Source of the DNA: Octopus vulgaris
Taxonomy: Eukaryota
Direction of reading: 5' to 3'
NCBI GenBank assembly: GCA_951406725.2
Contig: OX597816.1
Location: 28,582,001 to 28,646,000 of the forward strand
DNA: 64,000 nucleotides
The position numbers and the translations under genes are program-made. Shown piece by piece: positions 1 to 13,403 of this stretch. The notes below the pieces were generated by a model, which saw only the letters and a program-made list of their open reading frames with translations, was not told where the DNA came from and did not search any database. Positions within the stretch are counted from its first letter, which is position 1. Every line of letters begins with the position of its first letter.

Positions 1-2207
1 GTGTCACTCTTGCCGGCATACCAGCATGACACTTCTGGACGATTGAGAGAAAGGTTGATGGACAGCCTAACATCTGAAGCAGATACCATAACAGGAAAGT
101 AAGTTGAGCATGTCAAACGCTTTTCTTAGATATTTAAGGAGTAGCATATGTCCCTCCACTGTTCACGACGCTTTTCAAAGAGAAGACGAGCCACGATATA
201 TCTCACAAATTTTCCTTTCTAGTCGAAATTCATACTGGGACCCAAGCATAACCAAGTTGATTGCATGAAATAGTAGATAGTCGGAGGAGATTATGTAAAA
301 AGGATCTTGCCGGTGTTAGGAAGAAGAGAAATAATTCTGCTTCTGTATGGTCTCCCTTGGGCTTATAGACTGACAAGATTAGTGTGTCCACCTGACCGGT
401 ATGGTTTCTGCCAACAGAAAAGGCACAAAGAGTGAATATAGGATGTAAAGTGAGGTCCGTCATTGCTTTAATCCCATCTTCACTAGCAAATTTCTTGTTT
501 TTGAGACTACAGGTGGATGTCATCAAGTGTTGTTGGTGGTTAAGCTATCTCAAGTAAGGAAAATCTGGAATTTCTTCAATTGCTGTAGAGTCCGTAGTGT
601 TGACTCGATTCAGAAGTTCTTAAAACTGTTCGACCAAATTGTGAAGTATCGTAGTTTTCTCTTTCAATAAGGTACCACTTGAGTAGCCTTCTTTACGCGT
701 GTACCGAAGATTCTCTTAATCGAGTCGTGGAATGCATATGCTTTGTTCTCGTTTGCAAAATCTTGCGTTTCGAAGATACCAATTGTTTTGAGCATTACTG
801 ATGAAACATTGTATGGTGGTACGAGAATCCTGCCACTTTTAATGCAATGCTCCAGATCCCGGCTTGGAGAGAACAGCATCGTGAAGATTGAGTGCCGGAG
901 GTCGTTGATGTCGTCTTGAATGAAGTGGCAAGATTTTGATCGAGGATGCATCCGGGAGAATTTGTAGATTGTTGGGAAATGCAAAACTGTGATGGTAATG
1001 ACAATTCCATGCTGAGAGCAGATAGCTAGAAAACGAATCCCACGTACTGTTCATTTTCCCAACGTCATGATGGCCAATTACGCCATGTCAGGTAAGAAGA
1101 CTTTGACTCTTGGCATTAAAGTCATGAGATTGCCAGACTTGGACATCCTTCGGTTGACGTTGTCCAAGAACATGTGGAACATGTCCTTGGATTTTTTCAG
1201 AAAAGTCGAAGGTGGGGGCAGCGGCACTGATGAGGTTGTTGTATGTACCTTCGGAGAGAGCGAGTCAGAGTGATGGTACGTTTACGCTGTCCCACAGGAA
1301 GTTCTACCATCATATTTCCAAGGAAGGTCTTCATAGCGGTAGCCACTCCATAAGTTCGGTTCTCTCTATCGGAGACACCCCTGCTGTGGAATGTGCATCC
1401 GTCGCCCTGTTCAATAGAAAGCCCTTATATCCACGTTCTAGGGGTTTAGGTTCCGATGCATCCAGGGAAATCCTTCGAGAGGACCATTAGATTAAGGAAT
1501 ATAAAGTAAAATTCTGACATTCCAGGAGTCAAACATTTAAAAAACATTTTGACTTCTTTAGAGGAATGACCTGCGAGGTGTTGTCTTCGACCGGATAGAA
1601 CGTAGTAAAGTATGTTTGGGTTACTTTTTCTAGGCCGTTCTTCGGCTTGAGGTAGGCTGTACTTTCCCTATGAGCAGGACCAAAGGAGTCTGTTGTCTCT
1701 TGGTGCAGACTTCAGCAACCGTCTTACTGATACCGATATCGTGCGAGCTTCGAGCTTCGAGCTAGAGGCTTCCAGCATCATCCATAAGGACCTCCGTCAC
1801 CAGCTGCCTATTGCCGTTAAACGTATGAGTAAGAAAAGAAAAAGAGGAGAAGAAAAAGGAAGGAGGAAGGCTAAGATAGTTCGAACTCTGCGCAAAGATT
1901 CGTTTACAATGATGAGAAGGGCGCGCAATCCTGCAAACACAACTTGATTTCTCCACAACGGGTCCAGTGACAAGGAGGAAATCCAGGAAAATTGGGGTCG
2001 AGGACAAGTTGCAACGATCTGTGCGTCCACGATATATAGGCGAGTGCCTTTACAGCAACCTCACTTGACTTTTTCATGATGTAGCTAATAGCAACTAAAA
2101 AAAAAACCAGGTTGCCGCAGAATGTTGGACAGACGGAGACGCTGCGTATCCAGGGTAGCCGCCAGATACTGCAACAGACACTGTTCTTGACTTGATGAAG
2201 GAAGGAT
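1..2207 (-). mobile_element. Decayed RTE-clade (BovB-like) LINE: 5' region, APE endonuclease and start of RT; runs off the window at base 1
   Basis: Minus-strand peptides with stops/frameshifts: DFNA (~1120), SRMHPRSK (~950, cf. TWMHPRSKHWH), DTLILSVYKPKGDH (~370), LFEKRREQ..LRKAFDMLN (~110-190), LWYLLQMLGCPSTFLSIVQKCHAGMPARVT (1-90). Confidence 0.85.
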
Positions 2208-2711
<504 letters not shown>

Positions 2712-3683
2712 CACAGAGTGTGTGTACGTGTGCGTGTGTGTGCATATGCATGGATCTGTGTGTTTTTACAAGTCACTGTGTTTGCATGTGCGTGTGTTTA
2801 TCTGTCAAACTTCTGCCATTTCCTTCTCTTCCTTCTCTTTTTCGACTCGTGTCTATATGTGTATGTGTGTGTGTATCTATGTGGGCGTGTGGGCGTGAGT
2901 CCGCGTGCGCATTTGTGTGTATAGGACGCTAGAATAAAACTTGCAGTGGTTTCCGAGGAATACACTAAATTCCAGATTATTTGTTTTACTTCAACCATTT
3001 GAACGACTACACGCACTATTTATTTAAAGAAAAAGTGCATAAATTCATATGAATCTCATGAGGCGTAACAATACTTGAGCTATAGTCGTCTCGGAAGGCA
3101 AAGCCGCCTTTTAAATATCTTTCCATGCGGAACGGAACTGCAATGACGATATAACGATATGACCAGAGTGGCGTGTCTTAGAACTGGGTTGAAAGAACGC
3201 TAAACTTGAAAGATAGAAGAGCAGCGGTGAGTGACTAATTTGCTTCGATAATCGATAGATATCTACGTGTAAATGATCAGATATCGGCTAGTTGATATAT
3301 CTAATAATTGATTCATTCTAGAATACACAGATGTCAGAAAATTCAATTCTGTCAACCATCATCACAGGGTAGGTGTTATTAGGATACCGTGAGAGATGTA
3401 ATGATACAGCTTATCAGCAGAATTTGTGGCTAGTCTCATTTCGAAATATGTTTATTAAATGTCTCTTGGTTACAGCTTGTTTCATGGAATGGGATTGCAT
3501 TTGAAATAATGCGAGGTTCTCAGAATCTGTAACATTTGATACCATGAGCCGGATAAACATCAGAGTTTACATACAATGTCATGAGTGAAGGACTTGAAGG
3601 GTTTTAGGGATCTCGGTAATTATGAATAAGCACTCAACCTTATGCTTCTATTTTCATTTTTCGGGTCACATGATATTAGTTTC

Positions 3684-4097
3684 TCTCTTTTACTCTTTTA
3701 CTTGTTTCAGTCTGTGGCCATGCTGGAGCACCACCTTTAGTCGAGCAAATCGACCCCAGGGCTTATTCTCTGTAAGCCTAGTACTTATTCTATTGTTGTC
3801 TTTTGCTGAACCGCTAAGTTCGGGGAATAAACACACTAGCATCGGTTGTCAAGCGATGTTGGGGGATAAACACACACACATAAACACACACACACACACA
3901 CACATACACACACACATATATATATACAAATATACGACGGGCTTCTTTCAGTTTCCATCTGCCAAATCCATTCACAAGGCTTTGGTCGTCCCGAGGCTAT
4001 AGTAGAAGATAGTTGCCCAAGATGCCACGCAGTGGGACTGAACCTGGAACCATGTGGTTGGTAAGCAAGCTACTTTCCACACAGCCACTCCTACGCC
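3684..4097 (-). mobile_element. tRNA-derived SINE, family S1 (full length)
   Basis: Minus strand ggcgtaggagtggctgtgtgg..ggttcagtccc (A/B boxes), cttgggcaa core, internal (TA)(TG) tract, (taaaagag)n tail; homologous to 47561-48021. Confidence 0.9.
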
Positions 4098-4169
4098 ATG
4101 TGGAAGGGTTATTCAATCTTACCCTACCGTTCAACAAATAATAGAAATTATGATTATCATTATTATTAT

Positions 4170-4390
4170 TATAAAAATAGTGTTCTGGCGGAAATGTTTG
4201 CACGCCGGACATAATACTCAGCGGCATTTCTTCTGTTTTTATGTTTTGAGTTGAAATTCTGCGAAGATTGACTTTGCCTTTCATCCTTTTGGAGTAAAAT
4301 ATAAGTACCCACCAAGTAATAGGAAAGGTGTAATTGACTGAGCCCTTACCTACCCACCCTAAATTGTTGATCTTTTGCCGACACTTGAAT
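4170..4390 (+). mobile_element. Degraded SINE, family S2
   Basis: gagttgaaattctgcgaagattgactttgcctttcatcctttt..taagtacc matches the S2 core of 33771-34010. Confidence 0.7.
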
Positions 4391-4794
4391 GTAATATTTT
4401 TATATGGGGTGGTTTAACAGAATTCTTTAGATTCCGAGAAAACGCCAAGCGGTACTCATTCAAGTCCCTATTACCTATTCTCAATCCAGAGTCGATTAAA
4501 CAATGTACTATTTAAATATAGGATCTGTCTTTATCAACTAAGTTCCTCCCATTCCAAACTGCTTACCTAGTACCTAAATTAGAAACGACGATTTTTTTAG
4601 TAAACAGTGGAGGTCACAATTTGTATATTGTCAGACACATGTAACCAAACAAAATTTAGTTAGGTCCCTTTAAAATCTGATTTTAAATTTAGTTGCTCTC
4701 AACTTCCATTGTTTTCTGGAAGCAGTGAAATAATTGCTATGGAAGTACTAGTTTCAAATAAATCAGCTGCATCCTATAACAGCAAATTGTGGCC

Positions 4795-4951
4795 TTATTT
4801 ACATTATTTACATTCGACGGGTATTTGTCTTCGTCATGTTTGTTATTAACACAACGTTTCAGCTGATATATCCGCCAGCCTTCTTCAGGTGACTTGGGGA
4901 AATTTCGAACCTGGGTTCTCATTCCTAAGGTATTTTTCAATGTTATCATTA

Positions 4952-5022
<71 letters not shown>

Positions 5023-5148
5023 TATATAATATTATTGTTATTCTTCAGATCACTGCTTGGAATCGAACTGGGAATCTTGGGACTAGTAGCCCGCGTTCTT
5101 AACCCCAAAATTCCGAGTTCGATTCCAAGCAGTGACCTGAACAATAAC

Positions 5149-5205
<57 letters not shown>

Positions 5206-5382
5206 GAAAAATATCTTAGGAATGAGAACCCAGGTTCGAAGTTTCCCCAAGACACATGAAGAAGGCTTGAGGGCATATAAACCAAAACGTTGTGTTAACA
5301 ACAAGCAGCATGAGGACAAATATACCGAATGTAAATAATGTAAATAACGTACATAATTCCTCAACTCTTAAATATAGAACTG
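4795..5382. mobile_element. Fold-back element: tRNA-like head + (AAT)n + PLE-type tail with hammerhead motif, in inverted duplicate
   Basis: Arms 4795-5104 and 5100-5347 are reverse complements; B-box gagttcgattcc at 5115-5126; unique 3' extension to 5382; flanks aaattgtggcc (4784-4794) and aatctgtggcc (5383-5393). Confidence 0.85.
4848..4893 (-). ncRNA. Minimal type-I hammerhead ribozyme (intact core)
   Basis: Minus: gtcac CTGAAGA a ggctg-gcggatatat-cagct GAAA C GTT gtgtt; stem III reduced to palindromic ACGT. The opposite arm copy (5251-5296) is degenerate (ATGAAGA, AAAA). Confidence 0.75.
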
Positions 5383-5997
5383 AATCTGTGGCCTGTTATT
5401 GAGGTTGGCTTGGCAGAAATGTAAGAGATAAGCAATAATAGTTTTAAAGAATACCTCTCTAGTGCTCTCTTCTATTCTACTTTGTCTTTCATGTATCAGT
5501 GATCGATAAAACAATTACCATTTCAATAGTGATCGATAGTTCTCTATGAAATATATAGCCGCAAGTTTAGTTAAAGGAAATCCTTATGATTATAGATTAT
5601 AGGGTTATTGTAAAATGTCTTCCAGTTGGCATCACACCATGGCACTGAAAAATTTGAACCGAATATTGCAGCTGAATAATATACTCATTAGTTCAATTGC
5701 GTGTACCACCTGCAGACGCCAGCTTCACATGGTCTGACTCGATGCTATCGGTTTACAACAAAATTGTCATATCTATAACTTTACGCCTTCACTACCACGT
5801 CGCCACAAGAGACCAAGATCAAGTTGTTGAAGTGTTATTGTTAATAATATTGTTGTTATCCATGTAATTTTCTTTATAAATGTTATTACATTATATTGTT
5901 GATTGAAGATGTTTTTTATTCTTTACAAAATATAATGATTACAACAATTAAACTCATTAAACTAATATAAAGAAATAAAACACGTTTTTCTTATATG

Positions 5998-6049
<52 letters not shown>

Positions 6050-6092
6050 CATATATATATACATATATATATGTATACATATATATATATAT

Positions 6093-6204
<112 letters not shown>

Positions 6205-6229
6205 AATAAACATACAAATTTCCACACGA

Positions 6230-6345
6230 AAGCACGTAATCTATGCCCTAGGCCCGAAATTTCAACCGTGTCTTTTCTGATGTTAATTTGCTACCCAGGT
6301 ATCGGTTAATTCGAATTATCCTTAATAAGATAATTCATTCAACTA
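6230..6345. repeat. Dispersed repeat, reverse-complement homolog of 39493-39605
   Basis: aatttgctacccaggtatcggttaattcgaattatc vs gataattcggttaatcgatacctgggtagcaaatt. Confidence 0.75.
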
Positions 6346-6363
6346 CTATTACATATATATATG

Positions 6364-6461
<98 letters not shown>

Positions 6462-6475
6462 TATATTTATATATA

Positions 6476-7091
6476 TACAATTAAATATCTCTATATGAGC
6501 ATTTTACCTAAAAGGTTACTTTTGGTATGTTGGCCACTGATAAAATTCATTAATCGTAATGATTGTATCTTTTAATTATGTTTAGGTGTATCACATTCAC
6601 TCTAGGACTGTTAATTTACTTCAGTACTATTCTGATTCAATACACACTTGTCGAGGTGGACTACGAAGTACGATGTGTATGTATTTGTGAATATTTGTAT
6701 GCATTCGTATTTTGCCTGTGCTTTTCTGTGGATATTAATAAATATTTTTTATTTATTTCGCAGCGTATGTTCTGCAGATGAAGGGACAGTTGTTAAACTA
6801 ACCCAGAAAGTAATCAATCCGGAACTATCTGAAGTATTTTATGAATTTTTGGTCGGTCCACTTCTTCCGCTTCCAATCTGTGCACTTTTGAAGTGAAATG
6901 TATAGTGTCTGGACACATTTGGCGTCTACGTCTAGCATATAGGTATAGTAGCTTCTGTGCTCTTAGTCCCAATTATTTTCTCTACAATTATATAAACTCT
7001 ATATGTAAATTTTTCCTAATAGGTAATTTTTTAGATGCTGGCCACTAAAAAAATTCATTAATCTTAATGATTTTATCCTTAAATTATGTTT
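6476..7091 (+). mobile_element. Element bounded by ~108-bp direct repeats (6476-6584 / 6983-7091), PLE pLTR-like
   Basis: Shared ctctatatg..ggccact..aaaattcattaatc..aattatgttta; degenerate HHR-like CAGATGA-aggg..ccca-GAAA at ~6775-6810; the repeat resembles the reverse complement of 19945-20070. Confidence 0.55.
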
Positions 7092-7116
7092 ATATATACA
7101 TACATACATACATACA

Positions 7117-7177
<61 letters not shown>

Positions 7178-7180
7178 AAT

Positions 7181-7429
7181 GTGCCCTTTTAAAGCCTACC
7201 CAGTCTCATGGGCCCGGTTTCCCGGTTTCAGTGGCGTATGTGTTTCCCCAGCTGGATGGGATGCCATTCGAATCGCAGCGTTACTCATTTTTGCCAGCTG
7301 AGTGGACTGGAGTAACGTGAAATGAAGTGCTTTGCTCAAGAACACAACGCGTCGCTCGGTCTTGGAATCGAAGCCACATCCTTACGATCATGTGTTCAAC
7401 ACCCTAACCACTAACCCACGCGCCTCCAC
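7181..7429 (-). mobile_element. tRNA-derived SINE, head A + tail Z
   Basis: Minus gtggaggcgcgtgggttagtggttaggg..ggcttcgattcc, CORE-like tgtgttcttgagcaaagcactt..cagtccactcagctggcaaaaatgagt. Confidence 0.85.
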
Positions 7430-7442
7430 ACACACACACACT

Positions 7443-7488
<46 letters not shown>

Positions 7489-8384
7489 ATGTATGTATGC
7501 ATGCATGTATGAATGTATGTATTTATGTATGTATGTATGTATGTATGTATGTATGTGCCTGTTGCCGGACTTGATCTGAACAATGAAACTCTATTTCTGC
7601 TCTATATTTCCATAGCTAATACAGTAGATTCCTCCTGATATGTTGACGCCCCTAATGGAAATTTAAAAAAAAATGTATCATATAACTTCTTTTACAAATA
7701 CTAGTTCCTACTTCGGATCTTAGCCCGAATCCTCTACACGTTCAGATATGACATGTTGCATTGTGATTAGGGCTATCGCGGTTCCGATTCGAATATGATA
7801 GGAGAAATAATTATAAGAGATGCGTTACAGAAACTGCAAAAGCTACTCAGAAATTTTGCAAGCTCTAATAAATTTGAAAAAATCACCTCTCCTCCGCAAA
7901 AACTGGAGACTAATCCGAAAATCATAACCGTAAAATTATCGTCATTTTTGGCAATATATTGTAATACTTCCATATTCACTTACATTACTATATTTAAGAC
8001 ACGTCAAAACCAATTCAAAATGTCTTCTGGGGACATTATTTTTATATGAAATAAGAATAAAATAAAATGTAAATAATATAAATTAAAAGTAAAATGAAAT
8101 AAAGTAACGTAAAATAAAATAAATAAAATTCAACTGAATATTTTCCATTGTAATTTTGTTGTGGAGAAAGTTATGTGTACTTGAGATCTGGAATGTCATG
8201 GCACCAGTATTTAATGCCCCGAGAAGGACATGGAATCAAAGAAGAGTCGTAGACAGAATCCGCTGCAGAAGAAAACATAAAATGACGAAGGTTGAATTAG
8301 GAGAAAAGCCGCAGAAGAAAAGCAAGTGAATTTCTTTTTTAACCAATGTAAAAGACTATATCTTATTGTATTGATTTGAAATTT

Positions 8385-8541
8385 CGACACCAGAAATCAA
8401 CTGGTAGATATTTTTTCGGTGCCGAAGGCTAAAAAGCAAAGTACACTTTAGTTGAATTTGAACTCAGGACTTGATGTCGACGAGCAAAATGCCGCTAAGA
8501 ATATTGTCTGTCGTGCTAAATAGTTTATCAACTCACCGCCT
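8385..8541 (-). mobile_element. Degraded SINE S2
   Basis: Reverse complement of ggcggtgagttg..tagcacg..cttagcggcattt..ctgagttcaaattc. Confidence 0.7.
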
Positions 8542-9144
8542 CGAAATATTACATCATATTGATTGATGTTCTTGTTTCAAAGAGGGTAACTACGTGTAAC
8601 CAAATTTAACAAAAATTGTGTTATTCTTCTTTAACGGTTTTCCAGAAGACGCTGAATAACTTATCTTGCTCTTGCTACCTAAAAACTTTTTCAATGGTTA
8701 TATCCTATGTTACGGTATATGTTTGGAAATATACAATCTCTATTTGAAAATATTGCTTTAACTAGCAAATATTTCTTCTGTTAGCTTAGAAATTTAAAAT
8801 TAAAACATGTCTATAATTCTTAATCTTCTTTTTATTTTTAGAATAGCTCACATTATACGAAGACAAATACCTTTGGGAAAAATCTAAACGGCCGGCAAAT
8901 TAGCCAGAGCTGTGTGTCTGATATATATATATATATATATATATAAAGGAATGCCAGTTCTATAAATATAGAGTTTTGCTTGAAAGAAAATGGCCTACCG
9001 TTTTAAGGGAGGGGTTTGATCGGTAAATGGAAATGTTACCTCAATAACAGCAATAGCAACAACAACAACAACAAAAGCATGGGGGGGTGCATAATTAGAG
9101 AGGGGTGGGGAGTAAAGAGGGGTTGAAGGAGAATAGAAAACAAA

Positions 9145-9782
9145 CCATCATGTTTTCTTGTGGAGAACAGAGGATAAGAACCTACAGTATAGTAGAAGAT
9201 ATAGCCACTCATAATAGAGGAGTACTAGTGGAATGTCCCACTGAAAACCTCCATAAAATGTAAACATAATATACTTGGCATAGTAATTTGGAAAAGAGAA
9301 GATAAACTATGTAGAGTTGTGGAAATCAGCTGTCCAGTGGATATAAACATAGAACTAAAGATTAGCTAGAAGGAAAATACATATGCTGAACTATTGACGA
9401 ATCTACAGCTAGTCTATCCAGATTACAATTTCTGGTTTATACCACTAATTATTGGGGCCCTGGGATGTGTCATACACTAACTAAATACCAATCTTGAGAA
9501 ATTAGGCGTCTCAAAACCAGAAAGGAGAAAGCTGATTCGAAGACTACAGATCCGATCCATCAATGGAGCTGTCAAACATTTTACAGCAGTTTATCATTCA
9601 AGTATATATGAGCATCTCTAGACATTCGAATATATACATGATAATGTGTAGCTACAAAATTATCCTGTTGATGATGAAATTCCAAAGAAAGAGACTTGGA
9701 TCTAAGTTAGAAAGCGGCTCCATTTGCAAGAAACCTCTGTTGGCAAGAAACCTTGAAATAAAATAAAACTGAAATAATGACA
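9145..9782 (+). mobile_element. R4/Dong-clade LINE 3' fragment (restriction-like endonuclease domain + 3' UTR), decayed
   Basis: WNVPLKTSIKCKHNILGIVIWKREDKLCRVVEISCPVDINI..PLIIGALG..LEKLG (REL PD..(D/E) region) with stops. Confidence 0.8.
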
Positions 9783-9887
9783 TGCATATATACGTACATA
9801 CATGAGTACACATTCACTCACACACATACGCACACACACACACGCATATATATACCTACCTCTACATACATACACACGCATATACAC

Positions 9888-9926
<39 letters not shown>

Positions 9927-10081
9927 CATATCCATATGCATACACATTCCCACACATGCATATATTTCATTGTTGTAATTATCACTGCTGTCTTAAGGGG
10001 TAAAAGTTTAATAAGCAGCATAATTAATGGAGCGTTACTATTTCGATCGCCGTTGACTCCATAGAATTCAATTGCCCTTCC

Positions 10082-10350
10082 TCTTCTTCTTCTTCTTCTT
10101 CTTCTTCTTCTTCTTCTTCTTCTTCTTCTTCTTCTTCTTCTTCTTCTTCTTCTTCTTCTTCTTCTTCTTCTTCTTCTTCTTCTTCTTCTTCTTCTTCTTC
10201 TTCTTCTTCTTCTTCTTCTTCTCCTTTTCTTCTTCTTCTTCTTCTTCTTCTTCTTCTTCTTCTTCTTCTTCTTCTTCTTCTTCTTCTTCTTCTTCTTCTT
10301 CTTCTTCTTGTTCTCCTTCTTCTTCAGCTTTAACGGTTTTCCTCCTCCTC

Positions 10351-10410
<60 letters not shown>
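10082..10410. repeat. Compound (TTC)n-(CCT)n-(ATT)n microsatellite
   Basis: Direct reading. Confidence 0.98.
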
Positions 10411-10963
10411 GAGTGAGAGAGCAGTGCATGCCATCAAAGTGACACCGGGGTAAAATATACGAAGCCCAGTATACCCATCATGACTACCCGTCTGATAAGG
10501 GTACACTAGGCACATACATCACAACCATATGTGCGTGACATGGTGATCTCATATCAAAATAAACAGCACATGACCTTGCAGGTGGGGCCCAGTTAGAATT
10601 TTCTTCAGGTCGAGTGACCCATCCCACTCGAAAGGTCCCTGAATAAGGGTTGTTTAAGGATGTTGAACGAAACACCAATGTTTCCAGAGGTGAATTATTC
10701 AAACCCCAAGAATCCCTCTCAACACATGGCTATGATGCTCCCCCACTACTTCTGCTCGTGATCAGAGATGCACATATCGTCAGCCACTAAGGGACATGCT
10801 CAACTGGTTAAAGTCAAACAACTGATAAGCAAATCTGTGGTATTGAGCAGAATATTTGCTGTAGCCCATCTTTTATACCAAGACAAAACAATGTACATGA
10901 TAACACTTCCAATCAGTTAAGATCAGAAGCCATGAGAGCCACTGCCTGGTACTGCATCAGGGC
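10411..10963 (-). mobile_element. ~550-bp non-coding interspersed element embedded in (AAT)n, probable Dong-dependent non-autonomous retroelement
   Basis: (ATT)n on both sides, no ORF, no obvious A/B boxes; partial second copy at 11285-11438. Strand inferred from the neighbouring Dong pieces. Confidence 0.6.
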
Positions 10964-10976
10964 ATTGTTATTGTTA

Positions 10977-11059
<83 letters not shown>

Positions 11060-11061
<2 letters not shown>

Positions 11062-11284
11062 AGACGTCACACAATATCCAATAAAATATTGTGATTTGCA
11101 GAGTGAAGATATTGTGTCTAATGGGGTAGGATTTGTACTCACTGTTAAGCCACAACAAGGACCTCAGACAGTACTTTATGCAACATAAGAGCAGTTCGAC
11201 GTAAAGCAGATTTTTGTGATATACCAATATTGCAGGGTACTTAAGTTTTCATATGTTTCTTCAGCTTGGGTGCTATTGAATTCA
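11060..11284 (-). mobile_element. R4/Dong LINE 3' end (family of 59775-61247) with (AAT)n tail
   Basis: LNSIAPKLKKHMKT..SQKSAL..TALMLHKVLS; gaggtccttgttgtg shared with 61178-61192. Confidence 0.75.
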
Positions 11285-11439
11285 ATCCCGCTCAAAGTTT
11301 GTTTAAGGATAATAAAGGAAACACCCATGTTTCCAGAGACAAATTATTGAAACTCCAAAGAATTCCTCCCAACCCTAATTCCCCAGCCAACTCTGCTCGT
11401 GATCAGAGATGCACATATCGTCAATCACTAAGGGACATC

Positions 11440-11738
11440 CTCCATTTCTATTTCACTTCTCAGTGATCTCGATTTTACTTGCTGCGATTAATTGTGCAAA
11501 TTCAGACGGTAACCTTTTGACAAGGATCTCACAGGATCTCTCTCGAGGGTACTTATCACCCAAGTATCAATCTCAAAATCGTTGTTCCCCTATGAAAGAA
11601 GTTTTCTGAACGTTCTGCCCTCATTTCAATCCCAACTTCTCTAACAAATTTCTCAAACCCGTTTCATAATATTTCTAATGTCCCTACAACTACTGGGATG
11701 ACATTTACTTCATAGGCCACATTCGTGCAATCTAATCT
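11440..11738 (-). mobile_element. R4/Dong LINE 3' end (second family)
   Basis: IARMWPM..VNVIPVVVGTL..FEKFVREVGIEMR..VQKTSFIG..ILRLILG*. Confidence 0.75.
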
Positions 11739-12572
11739 CTTACACATATATAAAATTTCATAATATCTCTTATTTACAAAAGTATTACGCAAGAACTGTG
11801 CTTCGATCTGATATTCATGATATTTTCAAGAGTATTGTTAACGTTGTTGAAAATTACTGAAACAAGCAACTAAAATGTAGTTGTTGACAAGACTGACAAG
11901 TATCAGACTGTTTTAATCTAAGAGTACTGTAAGGCAGAAATATAATACATTTAATAAAGTGTGTAAAACGATGGCTTCTCAGCTAGTAATTGAATGAAGT
12001 GAAATATTTACAAGTGGAGATTTGAAGCAATATTCTCGCCCAATATTAGTTGTGTGTCGAGTAGTCTCTCAATAAGACTTTTTGAAGTATATGAAATAAG
12101 TCTGAAAAGAATTAAACCGCATTACATATAAGTCTAAGTTTACAGTATAGAAATGAAGAATGCCTGTGCTTTCATCCGTATGATGTTGGCTTAGGACTGG
12201 GATCTTTATAAAACGCCATGACGCTTTGTGGAAACATATCTATGATTCAGTGATATAAATTATTCTGTTTGTTAATATTTACTTAGCAAACATTTCATTT
12301 TCTCTATTTCATGTGTTAATATAAATTGCTTGCATGTTTCTGACTACTATTTCGACTCTGTTCGAGCACGTATTGTATAATTACGTATTCCGCTTTCATA
12401 AATTGCACGTATGAATTGCATTTAGTGTGACATCATTAATTAATTACCAAATATATAAACATATGTTACAGATGAAATAAAGCTACACCAAGATCATAGC
12501 CATGACCAGTTCTCTCAATATATTTGCGTGGGTGTTTGTAAGTCTCTCTCTCTCACTCTCTCTCTCTCTCTC

Positions 12573-12667
<95 letters not shown>

Positions 12668-13007
12668 CTGTATATACAAATCTACAGGTGTTTCTCTTTC
12701 GTTCTCTCTAGGTATTTGTGACTGCGGATGCGCGTATGAGAGTGACGGGTTTGAGTCGGGTGCGTGTGACGGAGCGCGTGTATTTGTGAGTGAGAGATAA
12801 AAGAAGACTTGGCAAAGGGAAATTGATGTTGCAGACATTGGTGTTGATATGAGAAATAAGTTTGCAATTGCAACTACGGAGGAATGTAGTCAGTAAATTT
12901 GAAGAACGAGAGCGGCTAAATTCCAGTCTTATCCTTAGATTATAAGTGAGTAAAAATCAAATATCACTGCTCAAGTGAACAAAAGTATTTTAGGTTTTCG
13001 TGTTACA

Positions 13008-13115
<108 letters not shown>

Positions 13116-13184
13116 GTCCTGCATGCATATATGTACATATATATATATTTATTTGTATATGTGTATGTATGCATGTATCAGCAT

Positions 13185-13403
13185 GTGTTTGCGTCTGCCC
13201 CCCCCTACTGTTTGGCGACCGATGGTTGTTTCTTTACATCTCCAAAAATTATAGTTTGGCAAAGCAAAATGAGGCCGATAGAATAAGTACAAGACTTTGA
13301 AAAAATAATGTACCGGGGCCGAATTCTTCGATTGAAACCTTCAAGACGATGCCCAAGCATGGATGTTGTCTAATGACTGCAACAAGTAAAAGATAAAAGA
13401 TAA
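13185..13403 (+). mobile_element. 3' half of SINE S1
   Basis: ccgatagaataagtac..gcatgg..tgactgcaacaagtaaaagataaaaga tail. Confidence 0.75.

Noticed and set aside
2075-2185. Possible HDV-like ribozyme at the 5' end of the RTE LINE (ggcaac..gttgcta on the minus strand)
   Set aside because: Could not build consistent P1, P3, L3 and P1.1 pairings by eye.
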